Program-made: the position numbers and the translations under genes
Notes under the pieces: generated by a model
Told to the model about the DNA's origin: nothing
Database searches by the model: none
What the model saw: the letters and a program-made list of their open reading frames with translations, nothing else
Origin: a virus
Taxonomy: Duplodnaviria > Caudoviricetes
Reading direction: 5' to 3' (one strand)
IMG/VR virus record: IMGVR_UViG_3300040971_000130
Coordinates: 1 to 46,425 of that record
DNA: 46,425 nucleotides
Shown here: piece by piece, positions 25,765 to 36,242 of the stretch
Layout of the letters: each line of letters starts with the position of its first letter
Numbering within the stretch: the stretch's first letter is position 1

Positions 25765-25842
25765 CCATCACCCTCGGGCGGTGGCGGACGCGGGGGCGGT
25801 AGTCGCTCCCCGTCCCATCGTCCGGATCATAAGGAGCGACCT

Positions 25843-26142
25843 ATGTTTGAAATCACACTGCCTGAAAGCGGCAAAGTCCACCCACTCAAATCACTGAGCA
25901 GGCCGCAAGTAAAAGAAGTGCAGGCCGTGGCCGCTGGACTGATCGCCGGGACCATGTCCGCCACCGACTACCAGGACAAGGTGATCGGCATGGCCTACCC
26001 AGACCTGACGCCCGAAGTTCTCGACACCTGGGCCGGGGCCGACGCCGCGCACCTGGCGAGAGTCACGGCAGACTACTCCATCCTTGGCCCGGCATCCATA
26101 AAAAACTCCTTGAGGTCTGGCGATGGCACGGCGACGGCCTGA
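25843..26142 (+). CDS. Tail assembly chaperone (G-like)
   Basis: Between tube and tape measure genes; slippery A AAA AAC at 26100-26106. Confidence 0.8.
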   Translation: MFEITLPESGKVHPLKSLSRPQVKEVQAVAAGLIAGTMSATDYQDKVIGMAYPDLTPEVLDTWAGADAAHLARVTADYSILGPASIKNSLRSGDGTATA

Positions 26143-26429
26143 CCTATTGCCAGGCCTGCATCAAGGCCGCGGAGCAATCCGGGAAGCGTCTCAAATGCGA
26201 TTCGTGCCCTGGGCGCCGACCGGAGCTGAACCATGACAACGAGCCCTCCTGGACCTTGTGGGTCATGGTCCAGACCCAATGGCGGGTCGGCCTGTCCGGG
26301 CCCATCGGGCTGGACTATTCCGCAGTCTGGCTGGTGGCCGAGTCCATGGACATAGAGATGCACGCGGCTAACCTGGGCCGCATAAGAGCCCTGGAACGCG
26401 AGGCCCTTGAACACATGAGGAAAGCATGA
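26100..26429 (+). CDS. -1 frameshift extension of the chaperone (GT-like, DUF1799-like)
   Basis: The -1 frame is open from the slippery site: KKLLEVWRWHGDG..CQAC..CDSC..TQWRVGLSGPIGLDYSAV..LE.EALEHMRKA*. Confidence 0.8.
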   Translation, partial: KKLLEVWRWHGDGLTYCQACIKAAEQSGKRLKCDSCPGRRPELNHDNEPSWTLWVMVQTQWRVGLSGPIGLDYSAVWLVAESMDIEMHAANLGRIRALEREALEHMRKA

Positions 26430-29242
26430 GCCCTTCAACGACCCAGATCATTATCAGTGGCAAGGACCAGCTCTCCAGCGTCGTGGCGGATGCCGGGCGC
26501 AGGATGGGCACGGAGTTGCAGCTCATGCAGCGTAACGTGCTCAACCTGCAGAATGCCTTTGTCGGACTGGCCGGGGCCGCCGCTCTTGGCCAGATCCGGC
26601 AATCGTATGGCGAGTACGACGCCGCCTTGCGCGACATGGGCAAGGTTACAGAAGAATCCATGGGCGTGATTGCGGCGAAGATTGGAGAGGTCCCCGCCGA
26701 ACTGGGCAACGCGACAGAGCTGATTCAGGGGTACTACCAGGTCATTTCGGCAGGCATTACAGAGCCGGTCAAGGCAATGGATACTTTGACTGACAGCACC
26801 AAGGCAGCCAAGGCTGCGCACGTTGCTCAGGCCGAGGTTATCAAGGGCGTCACAAAGGTCATGGCCGGGTACGCTGGAGACGTGAAGACTGCGGCAGATG
26901 CTGCAGATCTTTTGTTTACGATTGAAAAACAAGGGCAAACGTCATTCGCCGAGTTGATCCCAGTCATCGGCGACGTGGCCGCAATATCGAAACAGCTTGG
27001 GGTCGAGCAGCAAGAGATGGGTGCAGCCCTTGCTGCCGTGACTCTGACAGCTGGAAGCACAAGCCAGGCTGCGACCCAGTACCGCATGATGCTCGTCAAC
27101 CTCATGAAGCCCACCAAGGACATGCAGGAGGCCCTGGACGGGATCGGGGCCAGTTCGGGCCAGGCTGCCATAGAACAGTTTGGCCTTGCAGGCACGCTGG
27201 CTAGACTCCAAGAGTACGCCACAAAATCTGGAAAATCAGTAGCTAAGCTCTTCGAAAGCTCCGAGGCGCTTCTTGCCGTAGCCGCACTCTCACGCGGTGA
27301 ATTTGCGCAATACAACACGAATTTGCAGGCTATGGAACAGCGAGCAGGGGCTGCCGATAAGGCGTTCCAAAAGTGGAAGGAATCAACTCAAGCCGTTGAT
27401 GACTTGTTCCGCAACACGATGACGAACACACTGATCAAGATCGGCGATGAAATCATGCCGATGGTCAATGACTCGGTGCGCGAATTCGCAGAATTTGTTG
27501 CGGCCCACGACGACGAGATCGCCGGGACATTCGGGGAAATGGCCGAGTACGGCAGGCAGATTGGAACTGCCTTGGTGCCGGCGCTCAGGGATGTTGGCGG
27601 TGTTTTGACCGACAGCGTGATCCCAGCAGTTGCCCAAGTAGCTGAGGTTGGAAAGGAAATACTTTCTTTGGTTCCAGAAGAATATCAGTCCGCCGTCGGG
27701 GGCGGGATTCTCGGGTATGCGCTACTTGGGCCAAAGGGCGGGGCAATTGTCGCCAAGGTTCTTGCCCTCACTGCGGCGGCCAAGACTGCAGCTGAGTACA
27801 TGCATAGCCTCACGGGGGGTATAGGAGACTTCGAAGATTTTCATGCAGAAGTGCTAGGAAAGGCCGAGAAAGAATACAACAACTTGCTTAGCGGATTATT
27901 CTCTGGAGGCGAGGCGGAAAGCCTGGATGACCTACTAAAAAGACGAGAAGATGCGTTAAGAAAAATACGCCAAGCGCAAAAAATTCCAGGCGGGGACAAT
28001 GGCGCGATGGCACAGCGCGAACTCGACAAAATCGACGATCAAATTGTTGAACTTGAAAAACGAAGACTCGCAGCAGTCCAGGTGGTGGGAAAAACATTTG
28101 TCGATGTTTGGCAAACAGTAGAGCGCCAAACATCGACGGGTGTTGCGGCGGTCAGCGGGTCTGTTGCTGCCGCCGTGTCGGGGCTAAGTTCTATGTCCGA
28201 CGAACAAAAAAACGCCCTTAAAGAACAAGAGCGTCTTTTCGATCAGCTCGACAAGATGCAGCTTGCTGGACGGCTCAAACTCACAGAGTCTCAAGATGGC
28301 CTACTCAACCGCAACGCAGGTATGGAGGCAGCAAAGTCCAGAGCCGTGGCATATTTGCGCGACATAAGCCAGGAAGACCTTCAACTCCAGACAGAGTTTG
28401 CCGAAAAATACCGCGAGATCGTGCTAGGCGAAACAACTGCCAAGCTGGCGTCCATTGACGAGCAGGCCAGGGCATACGTCGCAGCGGGGAGCGACGAAAT
28501 AGCCGTAGCACAGTGGGTCGGCCAGGCGAAGCTCGAAGAGTCCAGGGCTTGGTCCGACGGAGCCCGCCGCGGCCTGGCTGAATACGCCGACAGCGCAACC
28601 AATGCGGCCCAACTTGCCCAGGACGCAATCACTTCCGGGTTCAGCAGCATGGAAGACGCGCTTGTTGATTTCATCACCACCGGCAAAATAGAGTTTTCCG
28701 ACCTCGCCGACAGTATCATTTCCGACCTGGCTCGGATTGCAATTCAGCAGTCGATCACTGGCCCCTTGGCGTCTGGCCTCGGCTCTGCGCTGGGTGGCCT
28801 CTTTGGCGGCGGCACGTCCGTGGATTCCGTTGGGGCTCCGAAGGTCGGGTACGCCAAGGGCGGCATTCAATCCGGCCCCGGTATCTCCGCTTTCTCGTCG
28901 TCCATCGTCTCCAAGCCTACCGTGTTCCCCTTCGCTCGCGGCGTCGGCCTTATGGGCGAAGTTGGCCCGGAAGCCATCATGCCGCTGGAGCGCATGAGCA
29001 ATAACAAGCTCGGAGTCAACGTCTCCGGAGGTGGCGGGGGTGGCGTCGTGGTCAACATCATCGAAGCCCCTGGCCAGGGTGGCAAGCAGGAACAGCGCAA
29101 CGAAGGCGGCGTCAACATCATCGAGGTCTTCGTTGAGCAGGTGAAATCGAACATCGCCGGTGACATTTCCAGCGGACGCGGGCAAGTGCCCGCCGCGCTG
29201 GCAAAAACATACGGACTCAACCGCGCCGTGGGGAGTTACTAA
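26426..29242 (+). CDS. Tail tape measure protein
   Basis: 938 aa helical Ala-rich protein; lambda-type C-terminus FSSMEDALVDFITTGK, GLMGEVGPEAIMPL. Confidence 0.92.
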   Translation: MSPSTTQIIISGKDQLSSVVADAGRRMGTELQLMQRNVLNLQNAFVGLAGAAALGQIRQSYGEYDAALRDMGKVTEESMGVIAAKIGEVPAELGNATELIQGYYQVISAGITEPVKAMDTLTDSTKAAKAAHVAQAEVIKGVTKVMAGYAGDVKTAADAADLLFTIEKQGQTSFAELIPVIGDVAAISKQLGVEQQEMGAALAAVTLTAGSTSQAATQYRMMLVNLMKPTKDMQEALDGIGASSGQAAIEQFGLAGTLARLQEYATKSGKSVAKLFESSEALLAVAALSRGEFAQYNTNLQAMEQRAGAADKAFQKWKESTQAVDDLFRNTMTNTLIKIGDEIMPMVNDSVREFAEFVAAHDDEIAGTFGEMAEYGRQIGTALVPALRDVGGVLTDSVIPAVAQVAEVGKEILSLVPEEYQSAVGGGILGYALLGPKGGAIVAKVLALTAAAKTAAEYMHSLTGGIGDFEDFHAEVLGKAEKEYNNLLSGLFSGGEAESLDDLLKRREDALRKIRQAQKIPGGDNGAMAQRELDKIDDQIVELEKRRLAAVQVVGKTFVDVWQTVERQTSTGVAAVSGSVAAAVSGLSSMSDEQKNALKEQERLFDQLDKMQLAGRLKLTESQDGLLNRNAGMEAAKSRAVAYLRDISQEDLQLQTEFAEKYREIVLGETTAKLASIDEQARAYVAAGSDEIAVAQWVGQAKLEESRAWSDGARRGLAEYADSATNAAQLAQDAITSGFSSMEDALVDFITTGKIEFSDLADSIISDLARIAIQQSITGPLASGLGSALGGLFGGGTSVDSVGAPKVGYAKGGIQSGPGISAFSSSIVSKPTVFPFARGVGLMGEVGPEAIMPLERMSNNKLGVNVSGGGGGGVVVNIIEAPGQGGKQEQRNEGGVNIIEVFVEQVKSNIAGDISSGRGQVPAALAKTYGLNRAVGSY

Positions 29243-32098
29243 ATGGCTCAATACTGGGAAGGTTGGGCATCAAGCACGGTCGATACGTTCCCGACGGGCT
29301 GGACGCGCAGATTTGGCGAACCGACGGCGAACCAGTGGTACGTTAGGGAGGTTGGGGGGGGTCGCCACCTTGAAGTTGGCCTAACCGTTAGCGGCTCATC
29401 GCTGCGTCAGATGATCTCGCTTGACGCTGTTGATGCTGATTCGGCCCGGGAAAATTTCGAGGTTGCGTTCAAGTGGCAGTGCGCTTCTGTCGGGTCAAGC
29501 CGCCCGCAATTGAAAGGCTGCGGCAGGGCCAGCGGAGACGTGACCGACACCAACGCATATCTCGGTGGTTTTGATAATTCCGGCGGCGGGCACAGGACCC
29601 AGAAGTACGTTGGGGGCACGTCGTCTACACTTGTTGCGAGCGCCGACACCGTGCTTGCCGCCACGGATTATATCACCCGCTTCCGCGTCTCCGGGACATC
29701 GATCAAGCTCAAAACGTGGCTTGCTAGTGAGCCTGAGCCCTCGGAATGGACCGTTGAAACAACAGACGAGTCTCTAACCGCTGACGGCTGGGTGGGTTTT
29801 TTTTGCCTCAACACGACCTACGTTTACAAGGTTGCGTTCGTTGGCATCGCAACAGGCGGAGATACAGCGCCAACAGAAGAGCCCGTTTCCGGAGATGTGA
29901 CCGCGCCAACGCTGACCAGCCCTACGGCAACGGCTACGGGATCTTCGACGGCTTCGGGCGGCGTAACGACCGACGAGGGCAATGGGACACTCTATTTTCT
30001 CGCATCCGCCAACGCGACAGAATCGACGACGACGGTCAAGACAGGTTCTTCTCAGTCTGTCACCGCCACCGGTACGCAATCAATTTCTGTCACAGGTCTG
30101 TCTGCGTCAACGGCATATTATCTCCACATGGTCCATCGCGACTCATCTGGCAATGATTCGGACGTTGCGACCTCTGCGCAATTCACGACAGAAGAAGCGT
30201 CGTCTTCGCTCACGCTGATCACTACTGGAGACAGCTTCAACGCGCACCCAACAAGCTCGAGCGTAACTGACGCCAGCACTGCAACGCCAATGGTCAATAT
30301 AGTAGTTCGCGTTATCTACACGGGGTGGCGGCAGTTCCTTTTCAAGGTGACAGGGGCTAGCGGCCGTCGCCCGATTTTTAAGATCGACCCCACCGGCTAC
30401 GTGAACGTGTTTTCATCGACGTGGCGGCCTTGGTACAGTTACGACGGCATTAACTGGCTGCGGTTCGACACCGCTCCGGTCAACAACACCACAACATGGG
30501 ATTTCCAGCATTCCGAAGCGTTTACAGATGACAATGTGTGGATTGCGTATCAGCCCGCATGGCCTGTCTCAAGAACACCGTGGTTGATAGGCGAACTTCA
30601 GGGCCTCGACTCTTCTTTGGTCCACGAGCTGCCCAGCGCAACGGGGTTTGAATACGCAACGGCGCTCACTGCGCAGACTGACGAGCTTGGCACGACTGTA
30701 CCGGCGCAGAAAATGTACGCCTTCGGGGTCTGGGATGACACACTTAACCCACTGGACGGAAGCGCAAAGCGCATCGCGATCATCACCGGCAATGTTCACG
30801 CAGGGGAGCACATAGGCGCGTGGCCTATGGAGGGGTTTTTACGGTATTTGTTCAGCAGTACCGCGAAGGCAATCACGCTGCTGCGCAATTTCAGATTCTA
30901 CGTCTACCCCATGCTCAACCCTATGGGCCGGTACATGGGTCATTATCGCGGCCAGCGCGACGCTGCGAACCTGACGCTTGATCCCAATCGCGACTACCCG
31001 GCGGACGGTTCCGCATCAACACTCCAGTCATCCAGTGTTTTTCGATCCATGCTGGCGACCGACATGGGCAGCAATCTTGCCGCCTTCTCACTGGACTTCC
31101 ACTCAACTTGGGGAAGTGCCGGGAGTTTCTATTTCTATTCAGATCCCTCGGTCGATCCTTACGCCATTTACCTCGACGAATGGCACGCGAGAATCCAGGC
31201 ATACAGCACCGGGTACACGCGTGACGCAAGCCTGCTCGAAGTAACTGTTGACCAACACGTTACGCGCGCCGGAACGCAACAGCACTCGTATGTTGTCGAG
31301 GTTTACGAATCGTCTGCGTTTTCTGGGGGAACAGCAGACATCACATTAATCGGAGAGCATTACGCCCAAGCCCTGGCGGACAGCCCGCTTTCAGAGATGC
31401 GCCTTTCCGGCCTTGCGACTGTAGAATATCCCGTGATCTCTGCGACAACGTCGTCGTCCAGCACTTCTACGGTTTCGGCGTCTGTCACAACCGATACTGC
31501 TGGCGGAATCATTTACGGCCTGCTCAACAGTAGCAGTGGCACGTTATCGTCCGCGACTATAAAGGCGAGTCCGTCTGATACAGTAACGGTCACAGATGCC
31601 GGGACATACGAGCTGGCCGGGGCAGGGCTTTCAGCAGGCACCGTCTATTACTGGCACATCGTCCATGAAGACGCTGACGGGCTCATGAGTAACGTGTTGT
31701 CAGTCTCGGTTACGACCCAGCCAGAGGCGGTATCCGGTGCACCAACATGGCCAGCCACTCTCCCCGCCCCACTCGTATCCGGGTACGGCATCCAGCCCAA
31801 CGACCAGACCATACGCACGGACATGGAGTCAGGTTCTCCCCGCGTCAGACGCAGGACGGCGGCGCGACTTGATGAATACGCGCTGTCTGTGAGTCTGTCT
31901 GACGCGCAAATGGCAATATTCAGGGCCTGGTGGGACGATGACGCAGCGGGCGGCGCGGCATGGTTTACCATGTCACTATGGGCAGGGGACGGCGGGGCTG
32001 ACAGCGTCGAGGCCCGATTCAAGGGGCCGTGGAGAGCCGACATGATTGGCAACCACCGCTGGCTTGTGAGTGGAACAGTCGAGGTGCGCTATGCCTGA
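29243..32098 (+). CDS. Distal tail protein fused to lectin-like, FN3/Ig-like and M14 Zn-carboxypeptidase domains
   Basis: C-terminal WPATLPAP..SGY..IRTDMESG..RVRRR (Dit/gpM-like); central HAGE, PMLNP.G, PNRD, DFHS. Confidence 0.75.
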   Translation: MAQYWEGWASSTVDTFPTGWTRRFGEPTANQWYVREVGGGRHLEVGLTVSGSSLRQMISLDAVDADSARENFEVAFKWQCASVGSSRPQLKGCGRASGDVTDTNAYLGGFDNSGGGHRTQKYVGGTSSTLVASADTVLAATDYITRFRVSGTSIKLKTWLASEPEPSEWTVETTDESLTADGWVGFFCLNTTYVYKVAFVGIATGGDTAPTEEPVSGDVTAPTLTSPTATATGSSTASGGVTTDEGNGTLYFLASANATESTTTVKTGSSQSVTATGTQSISVTGLSASTAYYLHMVHRDSSGNDSDVATSAQFTTEEASSSLTLITTGDSFNAHPTSSSVTDASTATPMVNIVVRVIYTGWRQFLFKVTGASGRRPIFKIDPTGYVNVFSSTWRPWYSYDGINWLRFDTAPVNNTTTWDFQHSEAFTDDNVWIAYQPAWPVSRTPWLIGELQGLDSSLVHELPSATGFEYATALTAQTDELGTTVPAQKMYAFGVWDDTLNPLDGSAKRIAIITGNVHAGEHIGAWPMEGFLRYLFSSTAKAITLLRNFRFYVYPMLNPMGRYMGHYRGQRDAANLTLDPNRDYPADGSASTLQSSSVFRSMLATDMGSNLAAFSLDFHSTWGSAGSFYFYSDPSVDPYAIYLDEWHARIQAYSTGYTRDASLLEVTVDQHVTRAGTQQHSYVVEVYESSAFSGGTADITLIGEHYAQALADSPLSEMRLSGLATVEYPVISATTSSSSTSTVSASVTTDTAGGIIYGLLNSSSGTLSSATIKASPSDTVTVTDAGTYELAGAGLSAGTVYYWHIVHEDADGLMSNVLSVSVTTQPEAVSGAPTWPATLPAPLVSGYGIQPNDQTIRTDMESGSPRVRRRTAARLDEYALSVSLSDAQMAIFRAWWDDDAAGGAAWFTMSLWAGDGGADSVEARFKGPWRADMIGNHRWLVSGTVEVRYA

Positions 32099-32615
32099 TA
32101 GCACCCTCTCCGAAGCCCTGAAAGAGGCATACGCTTCCGCCCCGGTCGGGCTCATCATCTACCACACCCTGGAGATCAGACATCCGTCTTTTTCTGAGCC
32201 TATCCGCATTGTTCGCGACATCGTGGATCTGACCGCAACGCTTGAGGCTGACGCCCCGGCCAATGCTGGCGAAGAGGTCACATTTGTGCGCTACGCCTTC
32301 GACTTCGTGAAGCCGGAAGTCAACTCGCAGGGCGTGCCTCAGATGCAAATCACAATCGACAACGTGGACCGCATCATCGGGGCCAGCATTGAGGGCGCTC
32401 TTGGCTCAACTAACCTCGTTGAGGTTACCTACCGCGAATACATCTCCACGGACCTGACCGGCCCGCAGAACGATCCACCGATCACGCTCCAGGCCATGGC
32501 CGTGACGGTGGATATGTTCAAGGTGACCGCAACGTGCGGGTTCCCGGACCTCATGAACCGCAAATTCCCGACGCTTGAATACACATCTGAAACCTTCCCG
32601 GGGCTCGTATCATGA
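32091..32615 (+). CDS. DUF1833-like minor tail protein
   Basis: EAYASAP..HTLEIRHP..ITIDNV..YREY..FP..Y..FPGL. Confidence 0.8.
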   Translation: MPDSTLSEALKEAYASAPVGLIIYHTLEIRHPSFSEPIRIVRDIVDLTATLEADAPANAGEEVTFVRYAFDFVKPEVNSQGVPQMQITIDNVDRIIGASIEGALGSTNLVEVTYREYISTDLTGPQNDPPITLQAMAVTVDMFKVTATCGFPDLMNRKFPTLEYTSETFPGLVS

Positions 32616-33016
32616 GTGAGTTTGCGCAATACACCACTCGCCACATCCCTTGGCAGGAAGGCGCGGACGGTCCGGACGCTTACGACTGCATGAGCTTCGC
32701 CCGCATGATCCAGTCCAAGCATTTTGGCATCCAAATGGACCGCATAATGATCGCCGACTATGACGACGGGCTTGGCCTTCTGGCCCTGCTCAACTCATGC
32801 GGGGAGCGGGCGCATTGGGAGCCGGTCAAAGTCCAGCAGCATGGCGACGTGGTTGTCGCTCGCAGACCCCTTCACATCGGCGTTTATTTGGCCGTTGACG
32901 GCTGCGGCGTCCTGCACTGCCTGCGCGGGGCTGGCGTGATTTTTACCCGGGACGCAGCGTGGGCCACTTCCGGCATTGGGCGCAAAACATATTTGAGACA
33001 CCGGAGCAAAATGTGA
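32612..33016 (+). CDS. NlpC/P60-like tail tip peptidase
   Basis: GPDAYDC, HIGVY, VLHC. Confidence 0.8.
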   Translation: MSEFAQYTTRHIPWQEGADGPDAYDCMSFARMIQSKHFGIQMDRIMIADYDDGLGLLALLNSCGERAHWEPVKVQQHGDVVVARRPLHIGVYLAVDGCGVLHCLRGAGVIFTRDAAWATSGIGRKTYLRHRSKM

Positions 33017-35640
33017 AGACATCCACGGTCGTCTATCTTGAGCACGCGCTCTGCCCGTCCAAGCGCCGCGTCGAGTCGTTCGTTGGCCGATCCCTGCGAG
33101 AACTGGACCCGGCCTGGCAGCGGCCATACATCGCGCTCGTAGACGGCAAGGCGGTCCTGCGCAAGGATTGGGATATCCGTATCTATCGCGGGCAGGTCGT
33201 CACGTTCATTGACGTGGAGGCGATACCGCAGGGTGGGGGTGGTGGCGGGTCGAATCCGGTCAGAATGATTGCGATGTTGGCGGTGGTCGTGGCGTCCATG
33301 GTTATCCCTGGGATGCAGCCATTTGCCGGGACCATACTTGCGTCTGGCACAATCGGCGGCGCTCTGTTTTCTGCAGGCATCGCGCTCGTCGGTTCCGCCA
33401 TCGTCAACGCCGTCCTGCCCGCCTCAGCGCAGCAGACAAGCGCCCTGTCCGCAGCGGAAGGCGTTAAGGCGTCCCCGACGTACTCCATCCAGGCCCAGGG
33501 CAACCAGGCACGGCTTGAAAGCCCGATCCCCGAGCACTTCGGTCGGCTCAAGTTTTACCCCGATTTTGCGGCCATGCCCTATCAAGAGTACGCCGGGAAT
33601 GACCAGTATCTCTACCAGCTTTTTTGTTTGGGGCGTGGCGAGTACGACATTGAAGGCATCTACATCGAAGACACGCCGCTCGCCAATTTTGAGGACGTGC
33701 AGTACGAGATTGTCCGCCCGCACGAAACCCTTGACCTGTTCCCAGCCAACGTCATCACCGCCGTGGAAGTCAGTGGCCAAGACCTCGAATACAACGTCAC
33801 CGTTGGCCCATTCACGGCCAACGCAGCGGAAACCGAAGCGTTGTATATCGGCGTTGATTTCGTCGCCCCGCGCGGCCTCTACTACGCCAATGACAATGGC
33901 TCTCTGGCCTCGCAGTCCGTCACGGTGCTGATCCAGGCCCGCGAGATTGACGATGACGGCGCGGCCATAGGCTCATGGGTCACGCTTGGGACAAAAACCT
34001 ACACCGCCGCGACCAGCACGCCACAACGCTACTCCGAGCGGTTCGCAGTGGCCGCTGGGAGGTACGAAGTGCAATGCCAGCGGGCCACGCCCGAGAACAC
34101 TGGAACGCGATACGGCCACGCTTTTTCTTGGGGCAGTCTCCGGGCCTACCTCAAGGACACCCGCGACTATGGCGACTGCACCTTGTTGGCCGTCAGGCTT
34201 CGGGCATCGTCGCAGCTTTCCAGCCAATCGGCCCGCAAGTTCAACCTCATCGCCACGCGCAAGCTCCAGCTCTGGGACGGCGAGGCGTGGTCTGCACTGA
34301 CGCCCACAAGGTCAATTGCATGGGCTGCGGTCTATGCCGCCAAGCAGATCGGGGCCACGGATGCACAGATCGACTTGCCGACTCTACTCCAACTGGACGC
34401 GACATGGACCAGCCGCGGCGATTATTTCGACGCCCGGTTCGATTCGTTCGTGTCGTTCTGGGAAGCGATCAGCAAGATTTTACAGGCCGGTCGAGCCAAG
34501 CCCTTTCATCAGTCCGGAATCATCCGGGTCTTCCGCGACCAGGCCGCAACGCTCCCGGTTCAGATTTACACAATGCGCAACATCCTGCGCGGGTCGTTCA
34601 CGGTCGATTACCTCATGCCGACCTCGGACACGGCGGACGTGATTGCCGTCAAGTATTACGATAGTAACTCATGGGCATGGCGCACGGTATCGGCCAAACT
34701 CTCAACGAGTGAGGCGCTGAAGCCCGCCAAGATGGAACTTTTCGGCGTCGTCGGTCGCGGCCACGCACACCGGGAAGGCGTGTACCAAGCTGCTGCCAAT
34801 CGCTACCGGCGCAAGCTCATCAAGTTTTCGACGGAGATGGAGGGGTTTATCCCGAGCTTCGGCGACCTGATTGCCGTTCAGCATGACGTACCAGCCTGGG
34901 GCCAGGGCGGCGAGGCTGTGGAATGGGACGCGGGCACGCTGACCTTGACGTGCTCGGAGCCGCTGGCATGGGAAGACGGCGAGACTCATTACATCGCGTT
35001 CCGGGACAAGTCAGGCCAGCCGCATGGCCCATACGCCTGCACGGCAGGAACGTCCGAACATCAGGCCGTCCTGTCCGAAATGCCCGACTATGAGCCGTAC
35101 ACTGGCAGCGATTACGAGCGCACCTTCTATTCCTTCGGGTGGGCATCAACCACGTACCAACTCGCCCGAGTCCTGTCCGTCAGGCCGCGCACGATGACGC
35201 AAGTCGAAATCGAGTGTATCGGAGAGGATGACAACGTCCATACCGCCGACCAGGGCGTGATTACTCCGACCGCCCCGACCAGCCAACTTGCAAACTACAC
35301 GGCAGCCCCGGTGCTCTTGGGCCTCATTGCACGGTCATCGTCGGATGACCCGACGATCATGCTCTTGTCATGGCAGTCAACGCCATGGGCCGACCATTAC
35401 GTCATCGAACAATCTTCAGACGGGGCAGCATGGACCCGGGCCGGGGAAACGGGCGTCTCAAATTTTGTCCTTCGTGCGCTCTATGGCAATGGAACTTTTG
35501 TCCGGGTTGCAGCCGTCGGCGCAACTCGCGGGCCATGGGTAACGATAGCATACGGCGACAGCGCGGATTACATGTGGTCCGCTGACGATACAACATTAAT
35601 GTGGAACGTCGACGATACAACCGAGATGTGGAGATATTAA
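33013..35640 (+). CDS. Host specificity/central tail tip protein (TipJ-like)
   Basis: GNQARLESPIPEHFGR..YPD, TRSIAWA, GDLIAVQHD, C-terminal FN3-like region. Confidence 0.88.
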   Translation: MKTSTVVYLEHALCPSKRRVESFVGRSLRELDPAWQRPYIALVDGKAVLRKDWDIRIYRGQVVTFIDVEAIPQGGGGGGSNPVRMIAMLAVVVASMVIPGMQPFAGTILASGTIGGALFSAGIALVGSAIVNAVLPASAQQTSALSAAEGVKASPTYSIQAQGNQARLESPIPEHFGRLKFYPDFAAMPYQEYAGNDQYLYQLFCLGRGEYDIEGIYIEDTPLANFEDVQYEIVRPHETLDLFPANVITAVEVSGQDLEYNVTVGPFTANAAETEALYIGVDFVAPRGLYYANDNGSLASQSVTVLIQAREIDDDGAAIGSWVTLGTKTYTAATSTPQRYSERFAVAAGRYEVQCQRATPENTGTRYGHAFSWGSLRAYLKDTRDYGDCTLLAVRLRASSQLSSQSARKFNLIATRKLQLWDGEAWSALTPTRSIAWAAVYAAKQIGATDAQIDLPTLLQLDATWTSRGDYFDARFDSFVSFWEAISKILQAGRAKPFHQSGIIRVFRDQAATLPVQIYTMRNILRGSFTVDYLMPTSDTADVIAVKYYDSNSWAWRTVSAKLSTSEALKPAKMELFGVVGRGHAHREGVYQAAANRYRRKLIKFSTEMEGFIPSFGDLIAVQHDVPAWGQGGEAVEWDAGTLTLTCSEPLAWEDGETHYIAFRDKSGQPHGPYACTAGTSEHQAVLSEMPDYEPYTGSDYERTFYSFGWASTTYQLARVLSVRPRTMTQVEIECIGEDDNVHTADQGVITPTAPTSQLANYTAAPVLLGLIARSSSDDPTIMLLSWQSTPWADHYVIEQSSDGAAWTRAGETGVSNFVLRALYGNGTFVRVAAVGATRGPWVTIAYGDSADYMWSADDTTLMWNVDDTTEMWRY

Positions 35641-35641
35641 C

Positions 35642-36232
35642 ATGGCACTGCCAGCAGCATCAGCTCTTACCGGGTCCAGCATAACTGAGGCTCAGTTTAA
35701 ATCGGCGATCACAGACTTGCGCGACTACATAGCAAACCTTGAAACAGTCACGCCCGGGGCCGTGGCATATTTTCCGAAAACAGCCGCGCCAACTGGATGG
35801 CTCAAGTGCAACGGGGCGGCAGTCTCGCGCACAACCTACGCGGCCCTTTTTGCAGCCATTGGCACAGCTGCTGGGGCCGGCGACGGGTCAACCACGTTCA
35901 ATGTCCCGGACCTGCGCGGCGAGTTTGTGCGCGGGCTTGATGACGGCAGAGGGGTTGACTCCGGGCGATCGATGGCTTCGGCCCAGGCCAGCGCGAACTT
36001 GGCGCATACGCACTCCACAGACAGTCAGGGCGCACATACACATCCGGTTAGAGGAATTACCGGGACCGATGACGGCCTGCATGTCACCAATGACAACAGC
36101 AACCCCGCGAACGGATTGCACGGAAACATAAACACATCATCGGCGGGTGCGCATACTCACACCGCGCTATCCAGCGGCGGGGCCGAGGCTAGGCCCAGAA
36201 ACGTTGCCCTGCTCGCCTGCATCAAATATTAG
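35642..36232 (+). CDS. Short tail fibre with collar domain
   Basis: PTGWLKCNGAAVSRTTYAALFAAIG..TTFNVPDLRGEFVRG..EARPRNVALLACIKY. Confidence 0.9.
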   Translation: MALPAASALTGSSITEAQFKSAITDLRDYIANLETVTPGAVAYFPKTAAPTGWLKCNGAAVSRTTYAALFAAIGTAAGAGDGSTTFNVPDLRGEFVRGLDDGRGVDSGRSMASAQASANLAHTHSTDSQGAHTHPVRGITGTDDGLHVTNDNSNPANGLHGNINTSSAGAHTHTALSSGGAEARPRNVALLACIKY

Positions 36233-36242
36233 GAGCAAACCC

